The position numbers and the translations under genes are program-made. Below, piece by piece: positions 38,822-60,137 of a stretch of DNA of 64,000 bases. Numbering within the stretch: position 1 is the stretch's first letter; every line of letters starts with the position of its first letter. This DNA is from Paraspadella gotoi (lineage: Eukaryota; Animalia; Chaetognatha), in contig CM119268.1 in the NCBI GenBank assembly GCA_051294375.1, positions 9,731,216-9,795,215 on the forward strand. Direction: 5' to 3'. The notes under the pieces are model-generated. The model was not told the DNA's origin. It saw only the letters and a program-made list of their open reading frames with translations, and did not search any database.

Positions 38822-41800
38822 TCAGGGTGGTCTCAAGTTTATTCCAGTTTTTTTCCAGGCCATCGTCCGTTTCTTCATCGGTTATTTCTCCCTCTTCGAC
38901 GTGGGCACGATTTGCCAAGGCCTGACAAGGTTTTTTAAACACATTTATTACTCTTTAAATTTTCAAACTTCGTAATGTAATCCTTTGACAAACTAAGAAT
39001 ATGACCATGACGAAAATGAAAATTAAAACTTCAGGATAACCTCATTTAAATCTCCGGAAAACACCTTTCGTCGATCGATGGTTTTATTTGTCGCCATATT
39101 TCTTTGTCCTAAATTTAAGGATGCTGCCATTTAAAACATTAAGATACGAAAACAATAGCAGATTTTGAATAAGTACAACTACCTGACAAGTTTTCGTCAT
39201 CAACGGAAGGAAAATCATAAACCGTGATCCCATCCTCGTCTTCATTTGAATCCCAATCATTCATCGGCTCGGCGTCATCCCACCATCCGTCCTAATGGAA
39301 ATAAGGACTTCGCATTACATTACATTACAAACGATTGCATTATTACCTGAAGGAATTGCCCATTTAAATTCAAGTCCTGTTTTTCTTCAGCGCAATCGTT
39401 ATCGTCGGATTCCCAAAGGTCAACATCCTCCCATTGTTTTCTTTCTTCTAACATTTTGAGGCGTTTCCTTTTCTTGCGATTCCGATTTTTAGCTCTAGAA
39501 AACGGCAATGAACGTGAAACTGTTTATACACATTCTCTTTTAAAGATCGACACGTTTTAATGTTGGACCTTCGTTTTTCAATCTCCTCCAACATTCTGGC
39601 TCTATGCTTCGTCAATTCTCCAGCGGGTTCATCGCTATTGGGAATGACAACGTTTGAAGAAAGATTATCGCTCGTGCCCCCAGAAAAATCCGGTAGATGA
39701 GAACCTGAAAAATCTATTATTTCGATTAATTGAAATTTTGTATTTAAAGTCCGCAAAATAAAATCACGTACCGATTTGTCCAACGGGAGGCAGCCCCAAT
39801 TTTTCTACAGGTTGTGCAAAGTTCTCTAAAGAAGCTGAACAAAGCAGGTACGACAGAGGACCATTCAGAGAACCCGGAAAATCACCCAAAAGTCCGGGAG
39901 CAGAGTTGAAGTGACTTCCGATATTGGGGACAGATGGAGTCGAGGATGAACTAACCTTCGCAGCATGCTCAGATGAACCTACCGACTCTTCGAAGGAGAC
40001 GTTCTCTGTCTCCGATGGTTTTCGTTTCAGTCGCCAATCGTCTTCCTTGTTTTTCTCCTCACTGGAAGTTTGTTTCGTTAGGGAAAACACGAGTTTTACG
40101 GGGCAAACTCCACGGTTCTGGCTGATCGTTGAAGGAGCAAACGTCGATTTGAACGAGACGGGTGGCTCGATCGCCGGCGGTGTCTTATCATTCTTACAGT
40201 TCGTATCATGACAGTTCGTATCATGACAGTTCTTTTCTAGGTCGACGGCGGCCGCGTTCGCCGTGGGGTTATTTAATGACAAACTATCAGGACGGCCGAA
40301 AAACTTCCCAAAGTGTGCGTCTATGTTGCTAGTCTCACTATTTAATACGTGGGAACCAACGGATTTATTACTGATGTTAGTGATGCTAACCTCTCCGGGG
40401 AAACCGAACACGTCGTTTCTGTTGCACAACTTCTCGGAACTTTCATCTTTCATCTCTTTTTTTATTTCATGGAAATCATTTTTTTCATTTTCAACTTTGG
40501 ATACTTTTTTCCTGACTTGAGTTTCTAAATTCAAATCAGATATGTTAGTTTCGTTCCTGGCAATATTTTCTTCAATAGGTTCATCTTTTACCGCGATTAT
40601 CAAGTCCGTTTCTTCCTTCCATTCTTCGACTTCACTGGCAATAATCGACTTCATATTGGAAGAGTATTGGTTCAATTCATATATCTTCGAACCGTCGTCG
40701 TGCGAGTTATGATACACTTGTTCTTTATTAATCTTCCCCGAATCAGGCTCAAAATCCAGAATTTTCGGAACATTAACTCTTGAAATGGCCTGGTCTTTGG
40801 GTGGGACAATGTCGATAATATTCTTAAGCAAATGGGATTCGCTTGGGTCATATTCGTTTGAAAGACCTGGTAACTGTGATGAAATATCGAAGGCGACAGA
40901 TAAAAGATTCTCCCTGAAATGAAATTAACATATAAAATAATTTAGTTATAATCAAAAGCTAAAGCACTTTTTAAAAAAATTCTTACTCGAATCTTTCCCT
41001 TTGGCTTTGATTTGAAAATTTGTTTGTCCACTCGTCGTTCGACGGCAATGGACTGGATTTGAGCTTTTCTTCAAGAGATTCCGTTCCATGCAAATCTGAT
41101 CTTAATTAAGCCAATAAGTAGTTTGTTACAATCTAAAAACTATATATTGCTCAATGCTTAAGCAAATCAATGGATATCAAAGGTCTCACCTCTGTTCATG
41201 CGAAATGGAGGATATTGCGCTTGCTTCAGGAGAAGAATCATTTAGCAAGCGCCGTCTAAGAAGAAGATTTTGCTCCTCCAAGATGACTGCTCTCTTGAGA
41301 CGCTCGATTAGCGTGCTTTGATTAGAGGGGGCGGGAAAAGGTGCGTTTATGGAGGGACAAGTCGATCCGAAAGAAGATAGTAAAGGCTTCAAACAAATTG
41401 AAGCTGCCGACGCTGAAACGATTCGTCCAATGTCATTATTTTGATAAGACGGTTTTTCTCGACGACAAATGATTCTAACATCGCCGAGAGGTTCGGATTG
41501 GAGCGGGTCATGAGAGGAATCCAAGAAATCCTTTTTTGGCGTGATGACTCTTTTGTCGCAGTCGTTTTTCCGCAAGGATGTTCGCTTCAACTCCGATTCG
41601 CAGGCCAAACCTATGTCGATGACGTTTCTAAGAAATAAGAAAACTCTTTAAAAAAATATATGAGGTCAGTTCAATTTTTGGTTTATCAAAATAAAACAAA
41701 AAATTCGAACCGGTTGCAGACACTAAAATCGTTATCCGGTCCGTCCGAAACCTGCGTTGGGACAGGAGCGTTTAAAAATCCCGTGTCAAAGAAGCCGTCG

Positions 41801-43374
41801 CTTGATAAAAACGGCGGCGTAAAATTCAACAATTTCGGATCACTTAGTAGGGGTCCAGATTCCTTTAACCAAGAAGAGTCCCTGGTAAAATCAGAATAAG
41901 CGTGGAAAATCTGAGATGTTATTCAACAGAAGATTTCAGTACCACGATAAGGAATTCCCAGGGAGAGTGCAAGATCCCGGCAAAGACGATTTTAAGGTCT
42001 CGCTGTAAAACGGTTCTTTTTCTTGGGGAGCGACGAAAGAGTCGACGTAATAGTGCGTCCCAGGAGCTGCTCCCTGGCAAGAAGGGAGTCTTTCGATCTC
42101 TTTCTCTACACTCTTCCCTTCAGCCCGATTGCTTTCTCCGTACGAGCGGTTCGAGAATATCTCGTTCATGACGTCGCTCGTGACTTTTGTCACAATCGAC
42201 TTTGCGTTTCCGTCGATGCGTTTCGAATACTTCCGGCACAAGTCCACGAAGCAATCAGTCAATCCGTCGATTAACGTGTTTAAAAAAGAAGCGGATCCGA
42301 AGAAGGCGGCGGCCATGGATGTCATTTCTTCGGTCCACATTCCGGTATCCTGACCGGTCGCCGATGTTCTGCGTCCAACAGATTCTGAAGATGCCGTCCG
42401 AACGACAACGTCGCGGCTATTTTCGGCATCTCCTTCCGATCCACCATTTTCGTTTTCAGTCTCGGACGCCGGAGAGGAAAAGGAATCAGAAAAATTTCTC
42501 GCCAATGATGCGATTTGGCTGTCAAGGAAATTCAGCTTCATCTGGAACTTTTCTTCAGCCTCGTCTTTTCGCCTCTCCAACAACAGGACGCATTTAACGC
42601 GACGCTGAAAATTTAACATTACAATAGTTATTAGAGTATGAAAAAATACGTAAATGAAATGGAAACGTTACCAAAACAGCGGGGTCGTATCCCGGAGAGT
42701 TAGCGGACATGTTGGGGACTAGTTTGATGTCTCGGAGAGTCGACTCGCGCTCCTGGGTGATTCTTTCGATCTCGACTTCCACCAACTCGACAGCTTTGTG
42801 CGCTCCGAACTCACGCAGTTTCTTCATCCGGTGAAGACAGTTGGCCAACCTCACGTCGATTTCTTGGACCTTGTGAATCTAATTTACGAACCTTTTAAGT
42901 TTTACGTAAAACTAAATTATATGCCAGTTCTGATCTAGTTCCTAAACCTGATATTGTGAGATTGGTTTTCGAAAATATCTTTCTTGCTCTTGGCTGCAAT
43001 GATGCTTGGGTGGCCAACGATGAAGAATCGTAGGCCAATTTCTTCGCCCGACAAAATATCTCGCGAAATCAATTTCAAATGTTGCGCGAGCGACTTGATT
43101 CTCCAGAGCTTGAATCTCGTCCATGGTGTATTGTTTAGGAAATTTGCGCATTTCTGAATTAGAACTCGTATATCAAACTGGTCTGAGAACTTGTATATTT
43201 ATTTTAAAAAATTACGAACTAGTATGTGTTACCTTTAAGTCGCTGGTAATTCTGAGAATAAAGGCAGTAATGGCCATAGACTGCAGCATCAATGAGCTTA
43301 AATTCCCTTTCTGCTTCATCTTCGTTGCTCGAAGACTCGTCACGTGGTTCTACCGGTTCCACAGTTTCGGACAT
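38822..43374 (-). CDS. Large multi-exon gene, unknown protein (helical N-terminal third, long low-complexity remainder)
   Basis: ATG at 43374 (MSETVEPVEPRDESSSNEDEAEREFKLIDAAVYGHYCLYSQNYQRLK|) splices in frame to ORF blocks 42947-43153, 42672-42878 and about 41940-42605, then 41190-41626, 39771-40913 and smaller 3' exons to a TGA at 38822. Confidence 0.7.
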
Positions 43375-43634
43375 TGCGAACGAGAATTTTATACGGCACA
43401 GTTAAACATTGTAAACAGTGTTCAAATTTTAGTTACCGATCCCTCACGGACGTAAAGCCATTATTCATAATCCGTTAGGTATTCTTTCAAATAATTTAAA
43501 TATAAAAAGTGGAAAACATTTCTATGAGCTACTACATAAATCTGACTCCCTGCGGTCCAAACCCGGTTCTGTCATGGTTTTTTCAAAATTAATTCCCAAC
43601 CAAATAGTACGGATATAGTTGACTAAAATCCACC

Positions 43635-43870
43635 AACCGTTCATCAGCGGAAAGTCATTCGCCTCCCAACCCGAAAGTCCGGGGTTCTAGCCCGGTGGTC
43701 TCCTAGCAGTTAAGAGGGACGGGGCGCTTAACACGCCTGTATCACTGTGTTACAGCCTGATCCAAAGCTCAGGGACTGCTTATATTGAACGGGTCACAAC
43801 AATCATTACTGTCTCTTCACGAATAAGATTAAATATCGCAGACTTAATAATTGGTTAACCTTGTTCTTTA
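43635..43870 (+). mobile_element. Probable tRNA-derived SINE
   Basis: tRNA-like head CAGCGGAAAG..TTCGCCTCCCAACCCGAAAGTCCGGGGTTCTAGCCCGG with a degenerate B box, a GC-richer body and an AT tail, in an intergenic spacer. Confidence 0.5.
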
Positions 43871-44432
43871 GTTACAATTGAACTTTATAAAACTTAATAA
43901 ATAAAACCTGCTCTCCCTCTCTCTTAGCTCTCTTTTTCCCCTCATTTGCTAACTACCCTTTAAGGCTTAACGATGATCTGTCAAAAAAAGTTCGAAATAT
44001 TTGTTTTGCGGCGACAACAACAACAACCGTTTAGTTTTCAATAAAAAAAATATACTGCACTTGTACCCAAATTCGACGTTTCTTTACTTAATAGTTAATT
44101 CTGTCTAGAATAATAATTAATAAACTAAGGTAATTAACGTAAATTATCCTTTCAATTTAATCATCTACATAGCTATACCGTATATCACACGCCTTTACTT
44201 TAGCTTGACTATATTCATTGTATTTACAACGAAATTCCAATTATTCTTTTATTCAAACGAGCTGTTTTGTTTTACTTTATAACTTTTCTGTTATTGCTTT
44301 TCAAGCGAGACAAATGAGTTTTTGTTAAAGGATAACTTTAACAGTCAAATTAATATTTAACCATTTTCATTAAGTTATAAAAAATTTTACAACGTGCAAA
44401 CTTGAAAACTTCAAGTATAAATAAATTAGTTA

Positions 44433-47136
44433 TTAGAGCTCAAGATGGTTCTTTTTTTCGCAGTTCTTAGACCGACGAGTAAGACTACGAGATTTTTTTC
44501 TTTTAAACACAAAAAAAAGCATAACTTGAACAAAAAAAGTTAAAAGACCTAGTCCCAACAGAGCGTAAATGACATAAGTCATAGTGTTGAATGTGTCAAG
44601 AATTTGCCCCAAAACCGCGGGGCTAGTGAGAATTGAAATCCCGCAAACAAACAGAAAATAAGCTGATGCGTCCATAGTATCTTGAAGTGTAAATAGTTCA
44701 TGAAACATAATCCACATCATGGCAAACCACGCCTAAAGAGAAAAAAAGGTAATTAACTTCTGAAATCTGAAAGCAAAATCGCTAACTTTCATAATTTCCA
44801 AACCTCAATAAAAAGCCCTAACAGAGCAGTAATAACCCCAAGAAAATGTATTGTCTTGAAAACCAAATATAAGCCTACAAAAAAATTTGATACAAAATAA
44901 AACCAATTGACAACTATTTTAAAATAATTTTATGTAATTACCTGTTAAAATTATTAAAAATACATTATCCAACAAAAAAACGAGAATTTTTTTCTTCTTG
45001 AACCAACCAAATGCAGTCAAAGGTCCAGTCAACAACGTTCCAACGATTCCACCCACACCAAATAGCGAGAACAAGAGAGCCACAGAATCTTTGCTCAAGT
45101 TGCAATCCAATAGAATTTTTGGCAAATAAACGAGAATGCCCATCATGAATCCGTAATGAAAAAGGCCGTAGAGAAGAAATAAAACGAAAACGGGATCGTG
45201 AAATAATTTGAGGTTGAGCACGCTGATTAATTTTAGGGTAGTTTTTGCTTGAGTTTCTTTTTCAAGATTTTGAATTTCCTCCTCCGTATTCTCCGCTCCG
45301 GATATCTCAGCTCTCGAATTCTCTGCCAGTTTCGAAGTCCCGTCAACGAAAGGGGTCTCCGATTCCTTGGGTTCGTCCTCCTCGGGAATGTCGTTCGAAC
45401 CCGACGTTTCTTCCTTCGCCGATCCTTCATCGACGATCCACGATAAGGCAGAGACGGAAAGCCAAAGGCTACCGATGGACGCCAGCGCCGCCCGCCACCC
45501 GAAGGCGTCTATCAGCGAATTGGCGATTATAGGCATAAGCAGATTTCCCACGTTGGCGCCTAAAAATAAATTTATCGATTTCTTGAAAAGTGAAGCCATA
45601 TAAAAACGGAAAGACTACATCAAATACACTCACCGCAATTGGCGATCCCGTATGAAACCGGCCTGAACTTGTTCATTACTTTGCCCACCAGATGCATGGA
45701 GGTGAAACAGCAGCAGCCGCAGCCAAAGCCGGCTCCGCAGCCGAGAACCAAGATCAGCATTATGAGGTGCGACGACCAGAGGCCGGAGACGCAGAAGCAA
45801 ACGGCAATGGAGACGCTGCCGATGAATAAGATCAACCGGGGAGATACCAGCTGAATAACGATCGAAGAATCGATTTACTCATAAATCCATGATTTGTATG
45901 TTCTTTCAAAAGGCGCTGAATCTGAATATTAAGAAGGGCAGATTGAGAGAAATTCCTTTATTACAAAATTAAACATATGGGCTAAAATAATATTTCTGAT
46001 CATACTTTTATTTTAAAATAAGAAAATAAAAAAAACAAAAATTTTAAAATGAACATTATGGTAGGCGGAGGGGTAGCCGAACTCAATGGGGTGAGTCAAA
46101 AATTAGTCAAAAATTAGTCAAAAATTAGTACCTCCTAAAATAAAATTTATAACAATTTAATTTTAAGGAAACTTTCAATGGAAAAAAAATATAATATGGC
46201 TCTATTGTCTAATGTCTATACCCTTGTAATAATTTGAATTTTTTTAAATTTAATTTACAGATAGGAAAGGCAAACAATTTTTTTAATAAATTCAAATTTT
46301 AAGACTAGATTCCGATAGCTTATAAAAAGTTTGGCTTTGGCTAATTATATGAACCTTACTTTATTTAAGAGCATAACGAGCGGAGATCCAAGTCGAATAA
46401 CAGCGTAAATTGAACTTTGTACCCAGACAATTTGCGAATCCTTGGCTTTTAACTCCTCTCGCCAAATATCGAAAAAAACACCCAAGCAATGAATAATTCC
46501 GATGGTCAACATTAGGATGAGAAAGGCAACAAAAGTTGTTACCCATCCCCAAAATCCGTCCACCTGAGCAAAAAGGCATATTTAACTACAAGAAATCTTA
46601 TGCAAGAACAAAAACCATTGAAACATATATTACCTCTATTTTTCTCTCAGCCCCTTTGAATCCTTTGAATTTGTCCAATATCCCCATTACAAGTTTTATT
46701 ACATCTGCAATATTAACGTTTAAATAAACCTGAACTTTTTAAAATATTTAATATTTTTTTGGAATTAACACGGAAAAATATTGAGTCTGAAGACGTTACG
46801 TACCCAAATCCAATTATGCTGTTAAGTCCAGACGACTATCTGCAACTCAGATGTTCTTTTGCCTCGGTCAAGAGAGATATCGAATTTCGTCTCATAATCT
46901 GTCTCTCGCGTCTGTCTCTACGTCTTTTTCCGTCTACCCCCCCTGGGTCCTGGAGGGGTTTCTTAATTTTATTTTGGTATCAAGACCAAAAAAAGATATG
47001 TCTTATGCTAATTATTATTCCCTCTTAAAGTTTAACTAAAATAAAAACATAACAAATGCAAAGATGTACCTGGAGGACTAGTTTTTTTCGACACAGCGTT
47101 TGATGTCAGTGGCGCTTCAATTCTCGCCGAGGACAT
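44433..47136 (-). CDS. MFS transporter, SLC16/monocarboxylate transporter-like
   Basis: VDGFWGWV motif before TM1 (cf. PDGGWGW), GIANCG|ANVG..MP, LIDAFGWRAAL, an acidic central loop, LKLFHDPVF and C-terminal SPAVLGQILD. The start may instead be the internal ATG near 46687. Confidence 0.85.
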
Positions 47137-47959
47137 GCGTCCTTTTACAACCATTAAAAACGTTGCCGCGGACGACGGAGAAAGTCATTAAAAATAGGTT
47201 TAACCGCACGCGAGTATTAATTGTTGTACGTCAGCTGGGAAGGCACTGAACTAGTTGTCGAGGAAAATAAATAAAGTGGGAGAGCGTGCGGATTACCCTC
47301 GTCACTCCGCCCCTAAGGCTAACCTCAGGCCGAGCACGCGAAGAAGCGAGGAAGCAGCAGCGAAGATGGGAATCGGAAAAGCTTGGCTTCTGCCTCCGGT
47401 CCGGTGCGGAGGACGGACGCCGTTCTTTTGTTGATTGAGTTCATCACCAACGGATGTGGCTAGACCTCTATCGACTATGTGCAGAGGCAAAGACGATATC
47501 CGCACTGCTATTATTAACTGATGGAAAAAAAGGACAACATTATAAATTTATCTAGAAATTGAAACTTTGTTTCATAACTCAATTTCATCATATTGAAAAT
47601 ATAATTGGAAATTAAACCAAAAAAATTGATACAAAGAAAATAATACAATTATGTATACATTCTAATTAGATCTACTAGAACTATGTACTTTCTATTCTTA
47701 ATTTTAATTAAATAGATTTAATTTTAATTTAACAAGATTTAGTTTATATACGTCTTAGTAAAATATAAATTTATTATTATTAAGCGAACATATCGATGTA
47801 TCTAAGACTAACTCACTAAGACTAATGTTAACAAAATAACATCTACTGTAATCATAGTGAAATTGCTTTTGTCGGATCGACTTCACCCCAATCGCGAGAA
47901 ATGCACGAGTCTTTCTGTTATCTCTGTAAGAATCGATCGGGGATGGGCGCTCACCGGCC

Positions 47960-48008
<49 letters not shown>

Positions 48009-48370
48009 TCGTGCGGCAGAAGAGCATCCCTCGAAGCTCCTTCGCCAGCATCGACCCACTGAACAACATCGCGCGCCGATGGTTTTGCCCGATCGAACTG
48101 CTAAACAACAGCACAACAGCAAGACAACGAGATCCGTTTTTTGAAGGCCCCGTGTCGCGTCGATCCCACCGACTGCGGCGTCGCCGTCCTTTACAATTTT
48201 GAGCGCGACAAAAAAAACCAGAAAATTTTGGACTGAAGTCGCGACTCTTTGACGAAGCAGACGGACTTAAAGGACGATAAGAGTCAATGTGCGGCGAAAA
48301 AAAAAGTGACACATATGTGACGGTCGGGGGATAAATACTTGTTCGGAGGCCGGAGTCAATAACTAAAAAC

Positions 48371-56319
<7,949 letters not shown>

Positions 56320-56604
56320 GTGAGTAGTTTTTGTTGTTGTTGTTGTGGAAGCTTTCCCTGTCGTGCGGTCATCGATATTTCAGCCCCATTCCATAATTTT
56401 TGCAGAAATGTAACGTAACGCAGATGTATATATCAATTTAAGAAATCAACATGATACAAGATTAAGAAAAGCATTAAATAAAATCACTCGCGTTACAGCG
56501 ATTCAGCAAGTACTGTCGCTACTCGCCGTCGTCGTCTGCCCACGTCTCCTTGCCCGCCGTCGTCTGCCCCTTAGCCTCTTCTCACCCGCCGTCGTCTGCC
56601 GACG

Positions 56605-57733
56605 TCACCCAATTTCCTCTTTCCATCTTTGAAATTCGAGAATTTTCGCTTTCCTCTTTTCCTCCTCGTTTTTCAATTTCGACGACATCGAGACGCAGGC
56701 GAAGACGACGACGACGACCTTGACGACGACGACGACGCCTGAGACGTTGACGTCGGAGTGGGAAGACAAAGTCGGGCCGATCGAGATAGTTATGGTGAAG
56801 AGGGGGGCGGATTAGGGGGGGGGGGCAAGTTAATTTTTCACCGGCGAGCAAGTTTTTGTAGTCTATCGATTTTTTTTTTCCTTACGCTTTGACTTTCTAG
56901 TTTTTTTTTAAAAAAGTATTCATTCACCCGGCGAAAAATATTTCATTTTTACTTTCGCTTTATTCTCTCTACGACTACGTATTTTTCTTTTTTTTTTTGT
57001 TGATTCCATCAACTTTTCATTCATTTCGTTTTTTTATTTTTTTCTCTACTTTTCCTTCTTTCTCGTTGTCATTTTCCGACATAATTCAATTTTTATTCCT
57101 TTTTGATAATCTTCCGTCTTCTCCATTTATCCCCCTTTTTCCCTTCTCTCCCTTCCTGCCCTTCCGACTCACTCAGTAACAGCGGTCTATCCAGAATTTC
57201 CATCCAAAATGCTCGACCGGGGCCGACGGCGACTCTCAGGAAATTCGTTCGCCACGAGTTGATATTTCTTCCCTTTCGCGTCTCCTCCAGACGACATTCC
57301 CAAACTCCTTGAAAAATTAAATTCGCTCTCCGTTTAATGTTTACAATCCGGGGGTTGAAAGATCGAGGTTTTGATCAGCGAGAACCGAGGCGCGTCAAAC
57401 ACTCGCGCCACGAGTCCGCATCACTGCAAAAGTGCACGCTCTACGTCTCGCGCCATAGGAGCGTGTCATAGGTTCGTGCACTCGATTCATTGTTCATTGT
57501 GGCCCGGTTCATTGTGCAGACCACAGATTTGTGTCGCAGACTCGCATCACAAGTTCGCGTCACAGATTTGTGCACTAGACTAATGACAGAGATTCGCGTC
57601 ACAAACTCGCGCCACAGACTTGCGTCCGCTTACATTAGGTTTATATACAATTTTTTATACATCCAGTACTTGAACATTGCCGGAGAGCGAACTGAATATT
57701 TATCGCGCTGAGGTGTTCGTTCCCTAATCTCTA

Positions 57734-57808
<75 letters not shown>

Positions 57809-60053
57809 CTCTCTCCTCCTCTTCTCTCCTCTCTCTTCGTTTATGCCGTTCACCTGCGTCCATCCGTCTGATTGCCTCCAGTTTCAAGTTGTCGTTGCAG
57901 TTGATTCCTTCGCAGGTTCGAGCCGAGGTTCCATTGTGAGTCCAGATCTGTCGTGAGAAAAACAATTTCCAGATGCCGAATGCGAAAGGTCGAAATAGAA
58001 CGTGAAAAAGGAAAAAAAACGTTTTATTTTATTCTTCGAAAATAGTAAAATAGTCGATAAAATCAAAACCAATTTCATTTCTAATTCGAATTTGAAAAAT
58101 TATTTTCGTGAAATATTCTGCCGTTTCACGCTACGATTGCTTAAAAACTCAAAAAGTAGAAGTCGGAAAACAATTTAGAATTTAGCAACAACAAAAATTA
58201 ATATAAAAGAAAATGAGAGTCTTAATTGAAAGCTAGAGGGGGATGGAAGTCTTAAACCACCATAGCCTGTCCAAAGTCAAGGGTAGGATAGCATCCGATC
58301 CGATCCGATTTGCTTTTGGTGGCTTCATACTCCTCCGATGATAGCTTATTTACTGATTTTTTATATTGGTTGAACTATTTTCATTAAACTCGCCAATATT
58401 ATACAATGCGTAAAAAAAAGAACGCCGACTACCTCATGTACAAATGCAATAAAATTCGCAAGACTTCCGACTATGGCCACCTGCAACATCTTTACGCCCG
58501 ACTTTTCGCCGTCGCCCAGAAGACGGAAGATTTCCTCTGCTCGACAGGGAAGCTCGACATCCTCGCCGGCGCGCGCCACCAAGGAGACACGAGACGTCTC
58601 CACTGTCAACTGTAGTCGTCATCGGGCGAGATAATTGGGTTTTTTTTTTTTTTTTAGACGCGCGGGATGAAAGATTATCCGGTACCCACTAGCACTAAAT
58701 TTTTTAATTCAGGTTTTATTCGTAATTAGCAAATCCTGGACAAATTAAAAAAACGGAATTAACAAACAAGAAATCAAGACTTTTGTGGAAAAAAAAATTA
58801 ACGTATTGAAGAAATCCAGAAGAATAACTAAACTAAAACCTTCAAAAACCTAAAATACTGAACACCCATACTTACAAATCATCATATCCCCCCCCCCCGT
58901 TTTATTAATTACAAATTTCAAACTTTAAAACCACCCCCCCGAATCAACCGCGAAAAAGCTGATGGCGGCGACGGCGCGCGTGGACAACTTCGAGTATTTG
59001 AATTTGCAGACGAAGATTCCGGCGTCGTCAAGATGAACGCCGTCGATGCGAAGAATCTCTCGCGACGCCGAGAATCTATGCCGCTTCTGGTTTCGCGACG
59101 CCTCCTTTCGGAAACGGAGCAAAAATGAAGATCCCAGATGTTCTTTTGATTGAAGTAATATCGGTTAATGACAATGTTTGTTTGTTTATAAAAAAAAGAA
59201 CGGTCGCAGTGACTTTTTTCACGTATATTTTTGAAGCATTAACTTGTAACTTATCAGTCTGCCAACTTGCCAAGTAATATCCAACAAGACTTGTTATTAT
59301 TTTATAATTCTGCTACATCGAATTTATGGTCATATAATCCATTTTTTAAGTGATCACGCGACTGTACGCTTTACAATTATGATACATAAAAGGTCTTATA
59401 GTACTTTACATTCCTAACAAATATATGAACTTATTTGATATAAAATTACCCGATTATGAACATTTATACATACCGACCGACCGACCGAAATGTGAGTTAT
59501 ATAGTTGCACCGTGAGTACTGAGTAATCGCGGCGCAACTAAAGAAACCCCGGTCACAGGAGACATGTCCCTCGTGACCTAAAATGTCATCCATAAACGTT
59601 TGATAAGAGCAGTTAACAATTTAACCATTTTTTGTATAGTTGATTGAAAAAAAAAAAGATTTGGAGAGCTTATCAATATTTTCACACAATGAAGCAAGCC
59701 AGTGAGGCATGACACCTAAGAGCATGACAGTTACCGCTTTCAAGGTTTGCCGCAGTGGCTTTCCTCGGTGAGTCCAAACGATGCCGTCGTTCTCGGGGAA
59801 AGCCTTCATAAGAGGCTCAAGCAAATCGCTGACGAAGATGGCGTCACATTTCATCACGGATGGTGTTTGTTAAAACAAAGCATAACGAGTTATATTTGAA
59901 ATATTTGTGACATTTTAATCAAAACATTTGGAAAAGAAACGAACGGAAAGTTTTTGTTGAAAAAAAAAGATTGGGTGCTTCCCCTTTTAATATTCGAAAT
60001 TGAAACTATCAAATTTCTCCTCTTCTTCTCTTCCGTTTCGTCTCTCTCTCTCT

Positions 60054-60137
<84 letters not shown>

